Part shown: piece after piece, positions 27,097 through 38,018 of the stretch | Layout: every line of letters begins with the position of its first letter | Position numbering within the stretch: the stretch's first letter is position 1 | Assembly: GCA_965246885.1 (NCBI GenBank) | Contig: OZ251992.1 | Location: 3,328,001 to 3,392,000, forward strand | From: Abditibacterium sp. | GTDB taxonomy: Bacteria > Armatimonadota > Abditibacteriia > Abditibacteriales > Abditibacteriaceae | Length of the DNA: 64,000 nucleotides | Reading direction: 5' to 3' | Notes under the pieces: generated by a model | Database searches by the model: none | What the model was told of the DNA's origin: nothing | Seen by the model: the letters and a program-made list of their open reading frames with translations, nothing else | Made by a program: the position numbers and the translations under genes

Positions 27097-30000
27097 ATGT
27101 TCGACAAAGTTCTCATTGCCAATCGCGGCGTCATCGCTTGCCGCATTATCCGCACCCTGCACTCGATGGGCGTGCGCGCCGTCGCGGTTTATTCCGACGC
27201 CGACCGCGACGCGCGCCACGTTGGGATGGCGGACGAGGCCGTTCGCATTGGCGAGGCGCCCGCGAGCGCCTCCTATTTGCGCGGCGACGCCATTCTCGAA
27301 GCCGCGCGGCAAACCGGCGCCGGGGCCATTCATCCCGGCTACGGCTTTTTGTCCGAGAACGCCGATTTCGCCCAGAGTTGCGAGGACGCGGGCATCGCCT
27401 TCATCGGGCCAACCGCCGAGCAGATGCGCTTGTTTGGCCCCAAGCACTCGGCGCGCGCCATCGCTTTGCGCGAGGGCGTGCCGCTTCTGCCGGGTTCGGG
27501 GTTGCTCGATTCCGTCGAGGAGGCGGCGCGCGAAGCGGAGCGCATCGGCTTTCCCGTCATGCTCAAAAGCACGGCGGGCGGCGGCGGCATCGGCATGAGA
27601 TTGGTCGAAAACGAGGCGGAACTGCTCGCGGCGTTCGAGGCTGTCGGGCGCCTCGCGCAGTCCAACTTCAAGGACGGCGGCTTGTATGTCGAACGCTTCG
27701 TGCGCCGCGCGCGGCATATCGAAGTGCAACTGTTTGGAGATGGGCGCGGCGGCGTTATTCATTTGGGCGAGCGCGACTGCTCCGTCCAGCGCCGCAACCA
27801 GAAGGTCATTGAGGAAACGCCCGCGCCGCATTTGACGGATTCGCAGCGCGCGGAACTCTTCGAGGCCGCCCTCAAATTGGGCCGTGCCGTCAATTACCGC
27901 AGCGCCGGAACGGTCGAGTTCGTTTTCGACGAGGAGCGCGGCGAGTTCTACTTCCTCGAAGTCAACACGCGCTTGCAGGTCGAGCATGGCGTGACGGAGC
28001 AGGTCGCGGGCGTGGATTTGGTCGAGTGGATGGTGCGTTTGGCGGCGGGCGAATTGCCGCCGCTCGAAACGCCGGTCTTGCGCGGGCACTCGATTCAAGT
28101 CCGCGTTTACGCCGAAGACCCCGGCAAAGAGTTTCAGCCGTGTGCCGGGTTGCTCACCCGCGCCGACTTCCCCGGCGAAGAGACCGCGCGCGTCGAAACG
28201 TGGGTGCGCGCGGGCGTGGAAGTCCCGCCGTTCTACGACCCGATGCTTGCCAAAATCATCGTCACGGCGCCCGACCGCGCGGGGGCCGTCGCGCGGTTGC
28301 AAAGCGCCTTGGACGCGACCCATCTCGCGGGCATCGAAACCAATATCGAATATCTGCGCCAGATTGCGCGCGACGTTACCTTCATCCAAGGCCGCCAAAC
28401 GACGGCGTATCTGGCGGGGCTGCCTTATCGCTCGCGCGGCGTGGACGTTGTGGACGCGGGCATCCAAACCCTTGTGCAAGACTTTCCCGGTCGCATGGGT
28501 TTGTGGGATGTCGGCGTACCGCCGTCCGGCCCGATGGACTCGCTGGGGCACCGTTTGGCGAACCGTTTAGTCGGCAACGACGCGGGCGCCGCGACGCTGG
28601 AATGTACCGTTTCCGGCCCGACGCTGCGCTTTCGGGGCGCGACGACGATTGCTCTCGGAGGCGCGGATATGGGCGCGACTGTGGACGGAATCGCTCTCAA
28701 ACCCTACGAAGTCCACGCGATTGCGGCGGGGGCGACGCTTAAAATGGGCGCGATTGTCGGCGCGGGCGTGCGCGCTTACGTCGCGGTGTGCGGCGGCTTC
28801 GACGTGCCGGAGTATCTCGGCAGCCGCGCGACGTTCACGCTCGGCAATTTCGGCGGACACGCGGGGCGCACGCTCCGCGTCGGCGACGTTCTGCCGTTGG
28901 GGGACTTCCATCAAGAGCCGATGGAAGCCAATCAAGTCTTGATGGAAGGGAATCAAGAGCCGATGGACGGGAATCAGGTCTTGATGGAAGGGAATCAAGA
29001 GCCGATGGAGTTCCATCAAGAGCCGATGGAAAAGAATCAAGCGTTGATGGAAGCCAATCAAGAGCCGATGGAAGCCAATCAAGGCTTGCGGGAGTTCCCT
29101 CAAGACCTGATTCCCGCCCTGACGAACAGTTGGGAGATCGCCGTGCTTTACGGCCCGCACGCGGCGCCGGACTTTTTCACGCCCGAAGACATCGCCGAGT
29201 TCTTCGCGGCTTCGTGGGAAGTCCATTACAATTCCAGTCGGACGGGCGTGCGCTTGATTGGCCCCAAACCCAAATGGGCGCGGCCCGATGGCGGCGAAGC
29301 GGGGTTGCATCCGTCGAACATTCACGACAACGCTTACGCGATTGGGGCGGTTGATTTCACGGGCGATACCGCGATTATTCTTGGCCCCGACGGGCCGAGT
29401 TTGGGCGGCTTCGTGTGTCCGGTGTGCATCATCGAAGCGGACTTGTGGAAAGTCGGGCAACTGCGCCCCGGCGACACCATTCGCTGGATTCCCGTCGCCT
29501 TCGAGGAGGCCGAGGTGCGCCTGCGCGAGTTGGAGGCCGCCATCGAGTCGCTCGATTTGACCGCGACGCGGCGCCCATTCATCGTGTCTGAGCCGGACGG
29601 CGCGATATTGTTCCGGCGCGAGGCGAGCGAATCGGCCCCGTCCGTCACGCACCGCCAAGCGAGCGACGTTTACATTCTTGTCGAATACGGGCCGGTCGTG
29701 CTTGACCTCAATTTGCGGTTGCGCGCCCACCGACTGATGCTCTGGTTGCGCGAGCAACGGGTGGACGGCTTGCTCGATTTGACGCCGGGAATCCGTTCGC
29801 TCCAACTCTACTTCGACCCAAAGCGCGTGGCGCGCGCGACGTTGCTGGAAGTGCTCCAACGCGCCGAGGACGAGCTTTCAAGCGCGGCGGACGTGGAGAT
29901 TCCCACGCGCATCGTGCATCTGCCGCTCAGTTGGAACGACCCGACGGTGCAGGTCGCCATTGATAAATATCAAGCGTCCGTCCGTCCGAACGCGCCTTGG

Positions 30001-30852
30001 TGCCCCTCCAACGTCGAGTTCATCCGCCGCATCAACGGCTTGGATTCGGTCGAGGACGTGCGGCGCATCGTCTTCGACGCTTCCTATCTGGTTCTCGGCT
30101 TGGGCGACGTTTACCTCGGCGCGCCCGTCGCCACGCCCGTTGACCCGCGCCACCGGCTCGTCACGACCAAATACAACCCCGCCCGCACCTACACCGCGCA
30201 AAACGCCGTCGGCATCGGCGGCGCTTACATGTGCATCTACGGCCTCGAAGGGCCGGGAGGCTACCAACTCGTCGGGCGCACGCTGCCGATTTGGAATACC
30301 TTCGGCGGCGTGCGCGACTTCGACCGCCCGTATCTGCTGCGCTTCTTCGATCAAGTGCGTTATTACCCCGTCTCCGAAGAGGAACTGCTCGCTCTACGCG
30401 CCGATTTCATGGCGGGCCGCTTCGCGCTACGGATCGAGGAGGAAACTTTCCGGCAAGGCGACTACAACCGCTTCTTGGCCGACAACGCCGCGTCCATTGC
30501 CGCCTTCAAAACCCGCCAGCAAGCCGCGTTTGATGCCGAGCGCGAAATGTGGCGCGCGACCGGCCAAGCCGATTATCAGGCCGAATCGGATAACAACGCG
30601 CCGCCACCGTCCGACTTCGAGGTTCCCGCAGGCGCTGTCACCCTCAGCGCGCCAACATCGGGGATGGTGTGGAAAATCCTCTTCGCCGAGGGCGATTCCA
30701 TCCGCGCGGGCGAGGTCGTGCTGATTCTGGAGTCCATGAAAACCGAATTCGCCGTCGTCGCGCCCCATGACGGCACGCTCATTCGTCTGACGTGCGCCGA
30801 GGGCCAAGGCGTCACGGCGGGCGGGGTGTTGGGGGTGCTTGGGGAGGCTTAA
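27097..30852 (+). CDS. uca: Urea/guanidine carboxylase (biotin carboxylase, carboxyltransferase, BCCP)
   Basis: [45 protein letters not shown] and biotin site ESMK. Confidence 0.96.
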   Translation: MFDKVLIANRGVIACRIIRTLHSMGVRAVAVYSDADRDARHVGMADEAVRIGEAPASASYLRGDAILEAARQTGAGAIHPGYGFLSENADFAQSCEDAGIAFIGPTAEQMRLFGPKHSARAIALREGVPLLPGSGLLDSVEEAAREAERIGFPVMLKSTAGGGGIGMRLVENEAELLAAFEAVGRLAQSNFKDGGLYVERFVRRARHIEVQLFGDGRGGVIHLGERDCSVQRRNQKVIEETPAPHLTDSQRAELFEAALKLGRAVNYRSAGTVEFVFDEERGEFYFLEVNTRLQVEHGVTEQVAGVDLVEWMVRLAAGELPPLETPVLRGHSIQVRVYAEDPGKEFQPCAGLLTRADFPGEETARVETWVRAGVEVPPFYDPMLAKIIVTAPDRAGAVARLQSALDATHLAGIETNIEYLRQIARDVTFIQGRQTTAYLAGLPYRSRGVDVVDAGIQTLVQDFPGRMGLWDVGVPPSGPMDSLGHRLANRLVGNDAGAATLECTVSGPTLRFRGATTIALGGADMGATVDGIALKPYEVHAIAAGATLKMGAIVGAGVRAYVAVCGGFDVPEYLGSRATFTLGNFGGHAGRTLRVGDVLPLGDFHQEPMEANQVLMEGNQEPMDGNQVLMEGNQEPMEFHQEPMEKNQALMEANQEPMEANQGLREFPQDLIPALTNSWEIAVLYGPHAAPDFFTPEDIAEFFAASWEVHYNSSRTGVRLIGPKPKWARPDGGEAGLHPSNIHDNAYAIGAVDFTGDTAIILGPDGPSLGGFVCPVCIIEADLWKVGQLRPGDTIRWIPVAFEEAEVRLRELEAAIESLDLTATRRPFIVSEPDGAILFRREASESAPSVTHRQASDVYILVEYGPVVLDLNLRLRAHRLMLWLREQRVDGLLDLTPGIRSLQLYFDPKRVARATLLEVLQRAEDELSSAADVEIPTRIVHLPLSWNDPTVQVAIDKYQASVRPNAPWCPSNVEFIRRINGLDSVEDVRRIVFDASYLVLGLGDVYLGAPVATPVDPRHRLVTTKYNPARTYTAQNAVGIGGAYMCIYGLEGPGGYQLVGRTLPIWNTFGGVRDFDRPYLLRFFDQVRYYPVSEEELLALRADFMAGRFALRIEEETFRQGDYNRFLADNAASIAAFKTRQQAAFDAEREMWRATGQADYQAESDNNAPPPSDFEVPAGAVTLSAPTSGMVWKILFAEGDSIRAGEVVLILESMKTEFAVVAPHDGTLIRLTCAEGQGVTAGGVLGVLGEA
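28906..29115 (+). repeat. In-frame tandem array of ~10 x 21 bp (7-aa repeat) inside uca
   Basis: Encodes [70 protein letters not shown]. Confidence 0.95.
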
Positions 30853-30867
30853 TCTTCCGCCAACCAT

Positions 30868-30944
30868 CGTAGGGGCAGCCCATGTGGTTGCCCTCGTTAC
30901 GACTGCGGCGTTGTTACAGGGCAACCACATGGGCTGCCCCTACG
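30868..30944. repeat. GTAG-type REP doublet between uca and atzF
   Basis: Perfect 27-bp inverted arms CGTAGGGGCAGCCCATGTGGTTGCCCT / AGGGCAACCACATGGGCTGCCCCTACG. Confidence 0.88.
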
Positions 30945-30957
30945 GACTTTACTGAAT

Positions 30958-32709
30958 ATGCAACCACTCACTTTCCAATCCCTCCGCGCCGCCTACGCAA
31001 GCGGCGCCGCGACACCCTCCACACTGTTCCCCGAACTCCTCGCTGCCGCGCGGGAAGCGCCCGATGGTGTGTGGATTTGCCTCGCCGAGCCGGACGAATT
31101 GCTCGCCCAAGCGCGCGCATTGGAGGCCCGCAACCCCGCCGACTTGCCGCTTTACGGCGTCCCGTTCGCCGTCAAAGACAACATAGACGTTGCGGGCTTT
31201 CCGACGACGGCGGGGTGCGCGGCTTTCGCCTACACGCCGGAGCGAAGCGCGTTTGTCGTGCGGCTGCTCGAAGACGCGGGCGCCATTTGCTTGGGCAAGA
31301 CCAACCTCGACCAATTCGCAACGGGCTTGAATGGCACGCGCTCGCCGTTTGGCGTGTGCCACAACGCCATCCAGCCAGAGTACATCGCGGGCGGCAGTTC
31401 GAGCGGCTCGGCGGTCGCGGTCGCGTTGGGGCTGGTTTCGTTCGCTTTGGGAACGGATACGGCGGGTTCGGGGCGGGTTCCGGCGGCGCTGAACGGGTTG
31501 GTCGGCCTCAAGCCGACGCGCGGTGTGTGGAGCATGAGCGGCGTGGTTCCGGCGTGCCGCACGCTCGACACCGTCTCGGTGTTCACGCACAACGCGGCGG
31601 ACGCGGCGAGGGTGTTCGCTACGCTCGCCAAACCCGACGCCGCCGACCCGTTCGGGCGCGGAGTGGAGCAGAACGGGCACGACTTTTCGGCGCTTCCGGC
31701 GTGGAAGTTAGGCGTGCCCGACGCGGGGAGTCTCGAATTCTTCGGCGACGCCGAATATGCCGCGCTGTTCCAAGGGGCGAGGGAAAAGGCGCAGTCGCTG
31801 GGCGCGCAGGTGGTGGAGATCCCCTTCGCGCCGTTTCTCGAAGCCGCGCGGCTGTTGTATGAGGGGCCTTGGGTAGCGGAGCGGTATCGCGCGGTGCGGT
31901 CGCTCGTCGAAACCAATCCCGACGCGCTACTGCCCGTGACGCGGAGCATCATCGAGCGCGGCACCCAATTCTCGGCGCTCGATGTTTACGCGGCGACCGA
32001 GCAGTTGGCCGCACTCAAAAAACGCTGCGACGCCGCCATGAGCGGGGTGGACGCGGTCGTGACGCCGACCATCGGGGCGCCTTACACGGTCGCGCAGATG
32101 CTCGCCGACCCGATTCGGCTCAACTCCCAATTGGGCTATTACACGAACTTTATGAACCTGCTCGACTACGCGGCCATCGCGCTTCAGGCGGGGTCGCGCG
32201 GCGACGGGATGCCGTTCGGCGTCACGTTCTTTTCTTCGGCCCACTCCGATGTGCCCCTGCTCCGCTTAGGCGCGCGCTGGGGCGGGGAGGACACGGCGGC
32301 GCTTCCCACTTGGAGCGGCGCGATTCCCGTCGCGGTGTGCGGCGCGCACCTGAGCGGGTTGCCGCTCAACTGGCAACTGACATCGCGCGGCGCGCGTCTG
32401 TTGCGCACCGTCAAAAGCGCGCCGAAATACCGCTTCTATGCGCTCGCGGGCGGGCCGCCGTTTCGCCCCGGCATGGTGCGCGTCGCGGAGGGCGGCGCGG
32501 CCATTGACATGGAAATCTGGAGCGTGCCGACGCAGGGCTATGGGAGTTTCGTCGCGGGCATCCCGTCGCCCCTTGGCATCGGAACGGTAGAACTGGAAGA
32601 CGGCGGCAGGGTGCAGGGTTTCGTATGCGAGGGCATCGCCGCCGGGGATGCGCGCGACATCACCGAGTTTGGCTCGTGGCGCGCGTTCTTGGCGGCGCAG
32701 GGGAAGTGA
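30958..32709 (+). CDS. atzF: Allophanate hydrolase
   Basis: Amidase signature VKDNID, GGSSSGS, GTDTAGSGRVPA, plus C-terminal domain VCGAHLSGLPLN...PLGIG. Confidence 0.95.
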   Translation: MQPLTFQSLRAAYASGAATPSTLFPELLAAAREAPDGVWICLAEPDELLAQARALEARNPADLPLYGVPFAVKDNIDVAGFPTTAGCAAFAYTPERSAFVVRLLEDAGAICLGKTNLDQFATGLNGTRSPFGVCHNAIQPEYIAGGSSSGSAVAVALGLVSFALGTDTAGSGRVPAALNGLVGLKPTRGVWSMSGVVPACRTLDTVSVFTHNAADAARVFATLAKPDAADPFGRGVEQNGHDFSALPAWKLGVPDAGSLEFFGDAEYAALFQGAREKAQSLGAQVVEIPFAPFLEAARLLYEGPWVAERYRAVRSLVETNPDALLPVTRSIIERGTQFSALDVYAATEQLAALKKRCDAAMSGVDAVVTPTIGAPYTVAQMLADPIRLNSQLGYYTNFMNLLDYAAIALQAGSRGDGMPFGVTFFSSAHSDVPLLRLGARWGGEDTAALPTWSGAIPVAVCGAHLSGLPLNWQLTSRGARLLRTVKSAPKYRFYALAGGPPFRPGMVRVAEGGAAIDMEIWSVPTQGYGSFVAGIPSPLGIGTVELEDGGRVQGFVCEGIAAGDARDITEFGSWRAFLAAQGK

Positions 32710-32721
32710 GAAACTCCAACC

Positions 32722-33123
32722 ATGAATAGCCCTCCCCCTTTGCCCCGCACCGCGTTCACGGGGATGCGCCTCCTGAGCGCGGTGTGCGTCGTCGTGTCGC
32801 TGGCGTGGGTGGTGGCGCTACTCGTCAGCGACGTGTGGCACGGCTTGCACCCGTATAAAGCGCACCAAACTATCGGCGCTTTCGCGCTGATTTTTATCGG
32901 GGCGTCGTATATCTGCTTGCAACTGAGCCTCAAGCGCGAAGCGATGGAGATGCTCCAAGGGCTGCTGTTGGGGATGGCGTTCGTCTTGTGGGGGAGCGAG
33001 CAACTGCTGCCGCCGCGCCGCTTGTCCACGCTGATGGATGCTTTCGTGGTTTCGATATTCGTGGTGGATTTGGGCGTCATTATCTGGGGGCACTTGCGGC
33101 GCAAAGATCATGGGGCGCCGTGA
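32722..33123 (+). CDS. Small hypothetical membrane protein (~4 TM)
   Basis: Hydrophobic 133-aa ORF 12 nt downstream of atzF. Confidence 0.6.
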   Translation: MNSPPPLPRTAFTGMRLLSAVCVVVSLAWVVALLVSDVWHGLHPYKAHQTIGAFALIFIGASYICLQLSLKREAMEMLQGLLLGMAFVLWGSEQLLPPRRLSTLMDAFVVSIFVVDLGVIIWGHLRRKDHGAP

Positions 33124-33176
33124 GGGGACGCACCGCAGTTGACCCGCGCGCCCAAGCGTCCGACACTGGGCGCCTC

Positions 33177-33965
33177 ATGCAATTGGAATCGAAAACCCTC
33201 GTCGTCATCGGCGGCACGACCGGCTTGGGGCTGTCCGCCGCGCGCGCGTTCGTCAAAGAAGGCGCCCGCGTCGTCGTCGTCGGGCGCAACCCCGACTCAT
33301 GCGCCGCCGCCCAAAACGAACTGGGCGCCGCGTCGCGCGCGTTGTCCGGCGACGCGAGTCATCCCGATACCGCGCCGCGCGCCATCGAGTTGGCCGTTAA
33401 GGAGTTCGGCGGGTTCGACGGGTTGTATCACGTCGCGGGCGGGTCGGGGCGCAGGATGGGCGACGGGCCGCTCCACGAAGTCACGGACGCGGGCATCGCG
33501 GCCACGCTCGAACTGAACCTTTCCTCCTTGATTATGTCCAACCGCGCGGCGGTGCAGCAGTTCTTAAAGCAAGGGCGCGGCGGCGCGGTTCTCAACATGG
33601 GCAGCGTGTTGGGCCGCGACCCGTCGCCGCGATTTTTCGCCACCCACGTCTACGCCGCGAGCAAGGCGGCGGCGGAAGGCTTCACCAAGTCGTGCGCGGC
33701 GTATTACGCGCCCGACAACATCCGCTTCAACCTGCTCGCCCCGGCGCTCGTCGAAACCCCGATGGCCAAGCGCGCGGCGGAGGATGAAACCATCCTGTCG
33801 TTCATCCAAACCAAACAGCCCCTCGACGGCGGGCGCATCGGCCACCCCGAAGACTTGGACGCGGCGGCAGTGTTCTTCCTAAGCGACGGCTCCCGCTTTT
33901 GCACGGGGCAGATGCTTTTCGTGGACGGCGGATGGATGGTGTCGGAAGGACAGAACCCGGATTGA
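33177..33965 (+). CDS. SDR-family oxidoreductase
   Basis: GGTTGLG, YAASK and TGQMLFVDGG. Start ATG 33177. Confidence 0.92.
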   Translation: MQLESKTLVVIGGTTGLGLSAARAFVKEGARVVVVGRNPDSCAAAQNELGAASRALSGDASHPDTAPRAIELAVKEFGGFDGLYHVAGGSGRRMGDGPLHEVTDAGIAATLELNLSSLIMSNRAAVQQFLKQGRGGAVLNMGSVLGRDPSPRFFATHVYAASKAAAEGFTKSCAAYYAPDNIRFNLLAPALVETPMAKRAAEDETILSFIQTKQPLDGGRIGHPEDLDAAAVFFLSDGSRFCTGQMLFVDGGWMVSEGQNPD

Positions 33966-33983
33966 GTAATCTAAGGCAGCACC

Positions 33984-34946
33984 ATGAAAATCGGATTTAT
34001 CGGCATCGGCGGCATCGCCGGGAACTACTTTGGCTCGTTGGAAAAGCTCGGCCAACCCATCCACGCCGTGTGCGACGTGAACGCGGCGCGCACGGAAGAG
34101 GTCGCCGGGAAACTGGGCGCTTCTCCTTACACCGACCACCACGCGATGTTGCGCGACCACAAGCTGGACGCCGTGTTCATCTGCGTGCCGCCCTTCGCGC
34201 ACGACACGCAGGTCGCGGATTGTGCCCAAGCGGGCGCGCATTTGTTCGTCGCCAAGCCGGTCGGTTTGCACCTCGACCAAGCTCTGCGCGCGCGCGACGC
34301 GGTTGTCCAAAGCGGCGTGTTGAACCAAGCGGGCTACATGGCGCGCTACTCGGACATTACCGAGCGCGCCAAGGAGTTGGCCAAGGGGCGCCACATCGGT
34401 TTGGCGACGGGGCGCTTTATGTGCAACATGGGAAGCGGGCATCCTTGGTGGGGCATCAAAGCCAAGTCGGGCGGGCAGATGTTGGAGCAAACCACGCACT
34501 GCTTCGACTGGATGCGCTACTTCTTGGGCGAAGTCGAGGAAGTCTCGACCTACGGCCACTTCGACAACGCGGGCGATACGGCGGACTTCGAGGATTCCAG
34601 CGCGTGCAACCTCAAATTCAAATCCGGCGCGGCGGGGAGCGTCTTGTCAACGTGCGTGACGAGCGTGCCGGACGGCCATTCCAACGAACTCTTTGGCCGC
34701 GAGTTCTACCTGCGCGCCGACCACGACCACAAGCTGACCACGCTTATAGACGGGCAGGACGCGGCGTTCAAGGGCGAGGAGGCGGGCTACTTCCGTCAAG
34801 TCGAACTCTTTTTGAAAGCCGTCGAGACGGGCGACAAGTCCCTCATTCGCTGCGACTTCGAGGACGCGGTGCGCTCGCTCGCGGTGACAATCGCCGCGAA
34901 CGAGTCGCTGGAACGCGGCGTTCCCGTCAAGGTCGCGGCGGTTTAG
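33984..34946 (+). CDS. Gfo/Idh/MocA-family oxidoreductase
   Basis: IGFIGIGGIA, AKP (variant of EKP) and SGGQMLEQTTHCFD. Confidence 0.88.
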   Translation: MKIGFIGIGGIAGNYFGSLEKLGQPIHAVCDVNAARTEEVAGKLGASPYTDHHAMLRDHKLDAVFICVPPFAHDTQVADCAQAGAHLFVAKPVGLHLDQALRARDAVVQSGVLNQAGYMARYSDITERAKELAKGRHIGLATGRFMCNMGSGHPWWGIKAKSGGQMLEQTTHCFDWMRYFLGEVEEVSTYGHFDNAGDTADFEDSSACNLKFKSGAAGSVLSTCVTSVPDGHSNELFGREFYLRADHDHKLTTLIDGQDAAFKGEEAGYFRQVELFLKAVETGDKSLIRCDFEDAVRSLAVTIAANESLERGVPVKVAAV

Positions 34947-34970
34947 AGGAAACCAATTCGCTTTCTTTGG

Positions 34971-35022
34971 CCCGGCGACTAAAGTCGCGGGCAACCCACA
35001 GCTAAGTCGGCCTGCGCCGACT
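34971..35022. repeat. Half copy of the CCCGGCGACTAAAGTCGCGG REP family (copy 3)
   Basis: CCCGGCGACTAAAGTCGCGGGCAACCCACAGC followed by the hairpin AGTCGGC-CTGC-GCCGACT. Confidence 0.85.
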
Positions 35023-35064
35023 ACGGGTTATGGTGCGCATCTGGGCCAAAGGGGGAATTAACCT

Positions 35065-35844
35065 ATGAAATACGGCACTCTACAAGGCGTGTTGGGCGAG
35101 CCATTGAGCAACGTCTTTGAAGTTGCGGCGCGAATGGGCTTCGCGGGCGTCGAACTCGACTGGAACGCGCGCGACCAAGCCTTCGATGTCGCCGCTATTC
35201 GAGAAAGCGCGGTGCGGGCGGGAGTGCAAGTCTGTTCGGTCGCCGCGCATTTCCTCAACGACGGCAACATCGCGAACGCGGACGTCGCCCATGCGGCGGG
35301 GGACGCCGTTCGAGAGGGCATCGCCCTCTGCGCCGCGCTGGGCGCGGGCGTTCTCCTCGTGCCGTTCTTCGGGCCAGCCGAAATTACCGACACCTCCGAG
35401 GCGCTACTCATCGAGAACCTGCGCGCCTTAGCGCCCGACGCGGAAGCGATGGGCGTTCGGCTGGGAATCGAAACCGCGCGTTCGGGCGCCCAAATGCGGC
35501 GCGTGTTCGAGGCGGTCGGCTCGCCATTCGTCGGGGCCTATTGGGACATGGGCAACAGCCCCTCGCTGGGTTACGACAACCTCGAAGAGATTGCCGCGCT
35601 CAAGGGCCATCTGGTGCAAGTCCACGCCAAGGAGTGGGTCGGGCCGAACGTAGCAGAGCGCCCGATGCACTACCCCGGCTTGAACGAAAAACCATTGGGC
35701 CAAGGCGACGTTCCGCTTAAGGCGACCCTCGCCGCGCTTAGGGAAGCGGGGTATAACGGCTGGCTGGTGCTGGAAACGGGCGCGTTCGGCAACCCACACG
35801 GGAGCGCGGCGCGCGCCCTCGCCACACTAAAGGAGTTCGTATGA
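35065..35844 (+). CDS. Sugar phosphate isomerase/epimerase (AP_endonuc_2 TIM barrel)
   Basis: GFAGVEL, LGIET, YWDMGN, VHAKE and WLVLET metal ligands. Confidence 0.85.
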   Translation: MKYGTLQGVLGEPLSNVFEVAARMGFAGVELDWNARDQAFDVAAIRESAVRAGVQVCSVAAHFLNDGNIANADVAHAAGDAVREGIALCAALGAGVLLVPFFGPAEITDTSEALLIENLRALAPDAEAMGVRLGIETARSGAQMRRVFEAVGSPFVGAYWDMGNSPSLGYDNLEEIAALKGHLVQVHAKEWVGPNVAERPMHYPGLNEKPLGQGDVPLKATLAALREAGYNGWLVLETGAFGNPHGSAARALATLKEFV

Positions 35845-36629
35845 CACCGACTCAATCGTATCTCCAGCACTGCTCCGGCATCCTTGGAGCCGTCGCCGCG
35901 CAGGAAGAAGCCATCCAAGCGGCGGCCAATATCTTCGCGCGCACCATCCTCGCGGGGCGCATGGTTCATGTCTTTGGCAGTGGGCACTCCCGCATTATGG
36001 TCGAGGAGATGTGGCCGCGCTACGGCTCCTTCCCCGGCTGGAATCCGCTCGTGGAACTGTCGCTGTCGTTCCACAACCTTGTCGTGGGCGCCAATGGACA
36101 ACGCCAAGCGATGTTCCTCGAAAACGTGTCCGGGCTGGCCGACCGCATTCTGCGCAACTTCGACTTGGAACCCATAGACAGCGCGCTCATTATCTCCTCC
36201 AGTGGCTGTAACGTGGTGCCCATCGAAATGGCCGAGCAGTTCCACCGGCGCGGTATCCAAGTCGTCTCGATCATCTCGCTCAGGCACTCGCAGGCTTCCA
36301 CGTCCAAGCGCGCCGACGACAAGAAGTTGGGCGACTTTTCCGACATCATCCTCGACACCGGCGCGCCCGTTGGAGATGCGATGGTTCATATCGAAGGACT
36401 CGACACGCCCGTCGCGCCCGGCTCGACGGTGGGTGGATGCCTCTTGGTCAACAGCATCAAAGCCGAAGTCGCCAAACTGCTCACGCAAGCGGGCCAGCCG
36501 CCCAAGGTACTGTCCGGCGCCGCCATCGTGGGCGCCGAACGCGCCGTTGAACTGTTCGAGTCGGCCTACGACGAACACGCGCACCGCTTGGCGCGGCTCT
36601 ATGCGAAGGTGGGCTTGCCCAAGGAGTAA
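35841..36629 (+). CDS. SIS-domain protein
   Basis: VHVFGSGHS, IISSSGCN and DIILDTGAPVGDA. Confidence 0.85.
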   Translation: MTPTQSYLQHCSGILGAVAAQEEAIQAAANIFARTILAGRMVHVFGSGHSRIMVEEMWPRYGSFPGWNPLVELSLSFHNLVVGANGQRQAMFLENVSGLADRILRNFDLEPIDSALIISSSGCNVVPIEMAEQFHRRGIQVVSIISLRHSQASTSKRADDKKLGDFSDIILDTGAPVGDAMVHIEGLDTPVAPGSTVGGCLLVNSIKAEVAKLLTQAGQPPKVLSGAAIVGAERAVELFESAYDEHAHRLARLYAKVGLPKE

Positions 36630-36635
36630 CCGCCC

Positions 36636-38018
36636 ATGAACGTCCTCAATTTCTCCGCTATCCTTTTGCGCGCCTCGGTGGACATCCTCGTCATCGGCGC
36701 GGGCAGCGCGGGTTGCGCGGCGGCGCTCGCGGCGCGTGAGACGGGCGACCGCTCCGTGTTGCTCGCGGAAAAGTACGGCTTCGCGGGCGGCTCCTCGACG
36801 GGCGTGTTGACGACGTTCTACGGGTTCTTTACGCCGGGAGATGCACCGCGCAAAGTCGTCGGCGGCATCCCAGACCGCGTGGTAGATGCCCTCGACGCGC
36901 GGCGGGCAATGTATCTGCGGCCCAACACCTACGGCGCCGGAACGGGCGTGACGTATAACCCGGAAGTCTTGAAGCTGGTCTGGGACGAACTGCTCGCGCG
37001 CGCGGGTGTGCAGGTCGCGCTCCATTCCACCCTCGTAGGCGTGGAAATGGGCGCGGACGGGCCGACGCACGCCGTCTTTCATTCCAAAAACGGCTTTTGG
37101 AAGGTCGCGGCAAAACGCTTCATTGACGCTTCGGGCGACGCCGACTTTTGCGCCCTCGCGGGCTTTGGGTTTGAACTGGCGGGCGAATTAGAACCCGCGC
37201 AAACCCTCACCACGACCTTCAAGATGAGCGGCGTGGACTGGGCGGCCTTTGAGGGGGCGGGCGGAAAGAAAGAATTAATGCGGGCGATGAGCGACGCGGT
37301 AGACGCGGGCTTTCCCCTGCCCCGCAAAGCGGGCAGCGCGCATCTCTTGCCGCTTAAGGGAGTTATTTCAACCGTCGCCGTGCGTGTCGCAAACGAGGAC
37401 GCGCTCGATTGGGCGGGCTTGACGCGCGCCGAAATCGAAGGGCGGCGCCAAGCGTTCATCTACGAGCAGTTCTTCCGCGAGCGTGTCGTGGGCTTTTCCG
37501 AAGCCGATATTGTGGCGCTTAGCACCCAAATCGGCGTGCGCGAAACGCGGCGCGTGTTCGGCGAATACCGGCTGACGCGCGACGACTGCTTCGCCGTGCG
37601 CCGCTTCGACGACGCCGTGTTGCTCTGCGGCGCGCCCATCGAAGACCACCGCGCCGGGAAGAACGGCGAAGAAGAGACCGTCTGGGGCTACATTCCCGGT
37701 GGCGACGCTTATGACGTGCCTTACCGGGCGCTCGTCCCGCGCGCGAGTGACACCACATGGGTCGTCGGGCGCTGCTTTTCGGCGACGCACGACGCCCACG
37801 CTTCGTGCCGGAGCATGGGCCAAACCATGAGCATGGGCCAAGCGGCGGGCCTCGCCGCCTGCCTGTCGCTCGATACCGATACGGGCGCCCGCGCCCTCGA
37901 CATCTCTGCACTCCGCGAGCGATTGCGGACACTGGGCGCCGTGTTGGAACCGCCCGCCGCCGTCGCCCAAACCGCCGCCCGCGCGTGGAGGAAGAATTTC
38001 GACCACCTCGTGATTTAA
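36636..38018 (+). CDS. FAD-dependent oxidoreductase (FAD_oxidored type)
   Basis: DILVIGAGSAG, FIDASGDAD, GVRETRR, VPYRAL and GRCFSA...MGQAAG. Confidence 0.88.
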   Translation: MNVLNFSAILLRASVDILVIGAGSAGCAAALAARETGDRSVLLAEKYGFAGGSSTGVLTTFYGFFTPGDAPRKVVGGIPDRVVDALDARRAMYLRPNTYGAGTGVTYNPEVLKLVWDELLARAGVQVALHSTLVGVEMGADGPTHAVFHSKNGFWKVAAKRFIDASGDADFCALAGFGFELAGELEPAQTLTTTFKMSGVDWAAFEGAGGKKELMRAMSDAVDAGFPLPRKAGSAHLLPLKGVISTVAVRVANEDALDWAGLTRAEIEGRRQAFIYEQFFRERVVGFSEADIVALSTQIGVRETRRVFGEYRLTRDDCFAVRRFDDAVLLCGAPIEDHRAGKNGEEETVWGYIPGGDAYDVPYRALVPRASDTTWVVGRCFSATHDAHASCRSMGQTMSMGQAAGLAACLSLDTDTGARALDISALRERLRTLGAVLEPPAAVAQTAARAWRKNFDHLVI

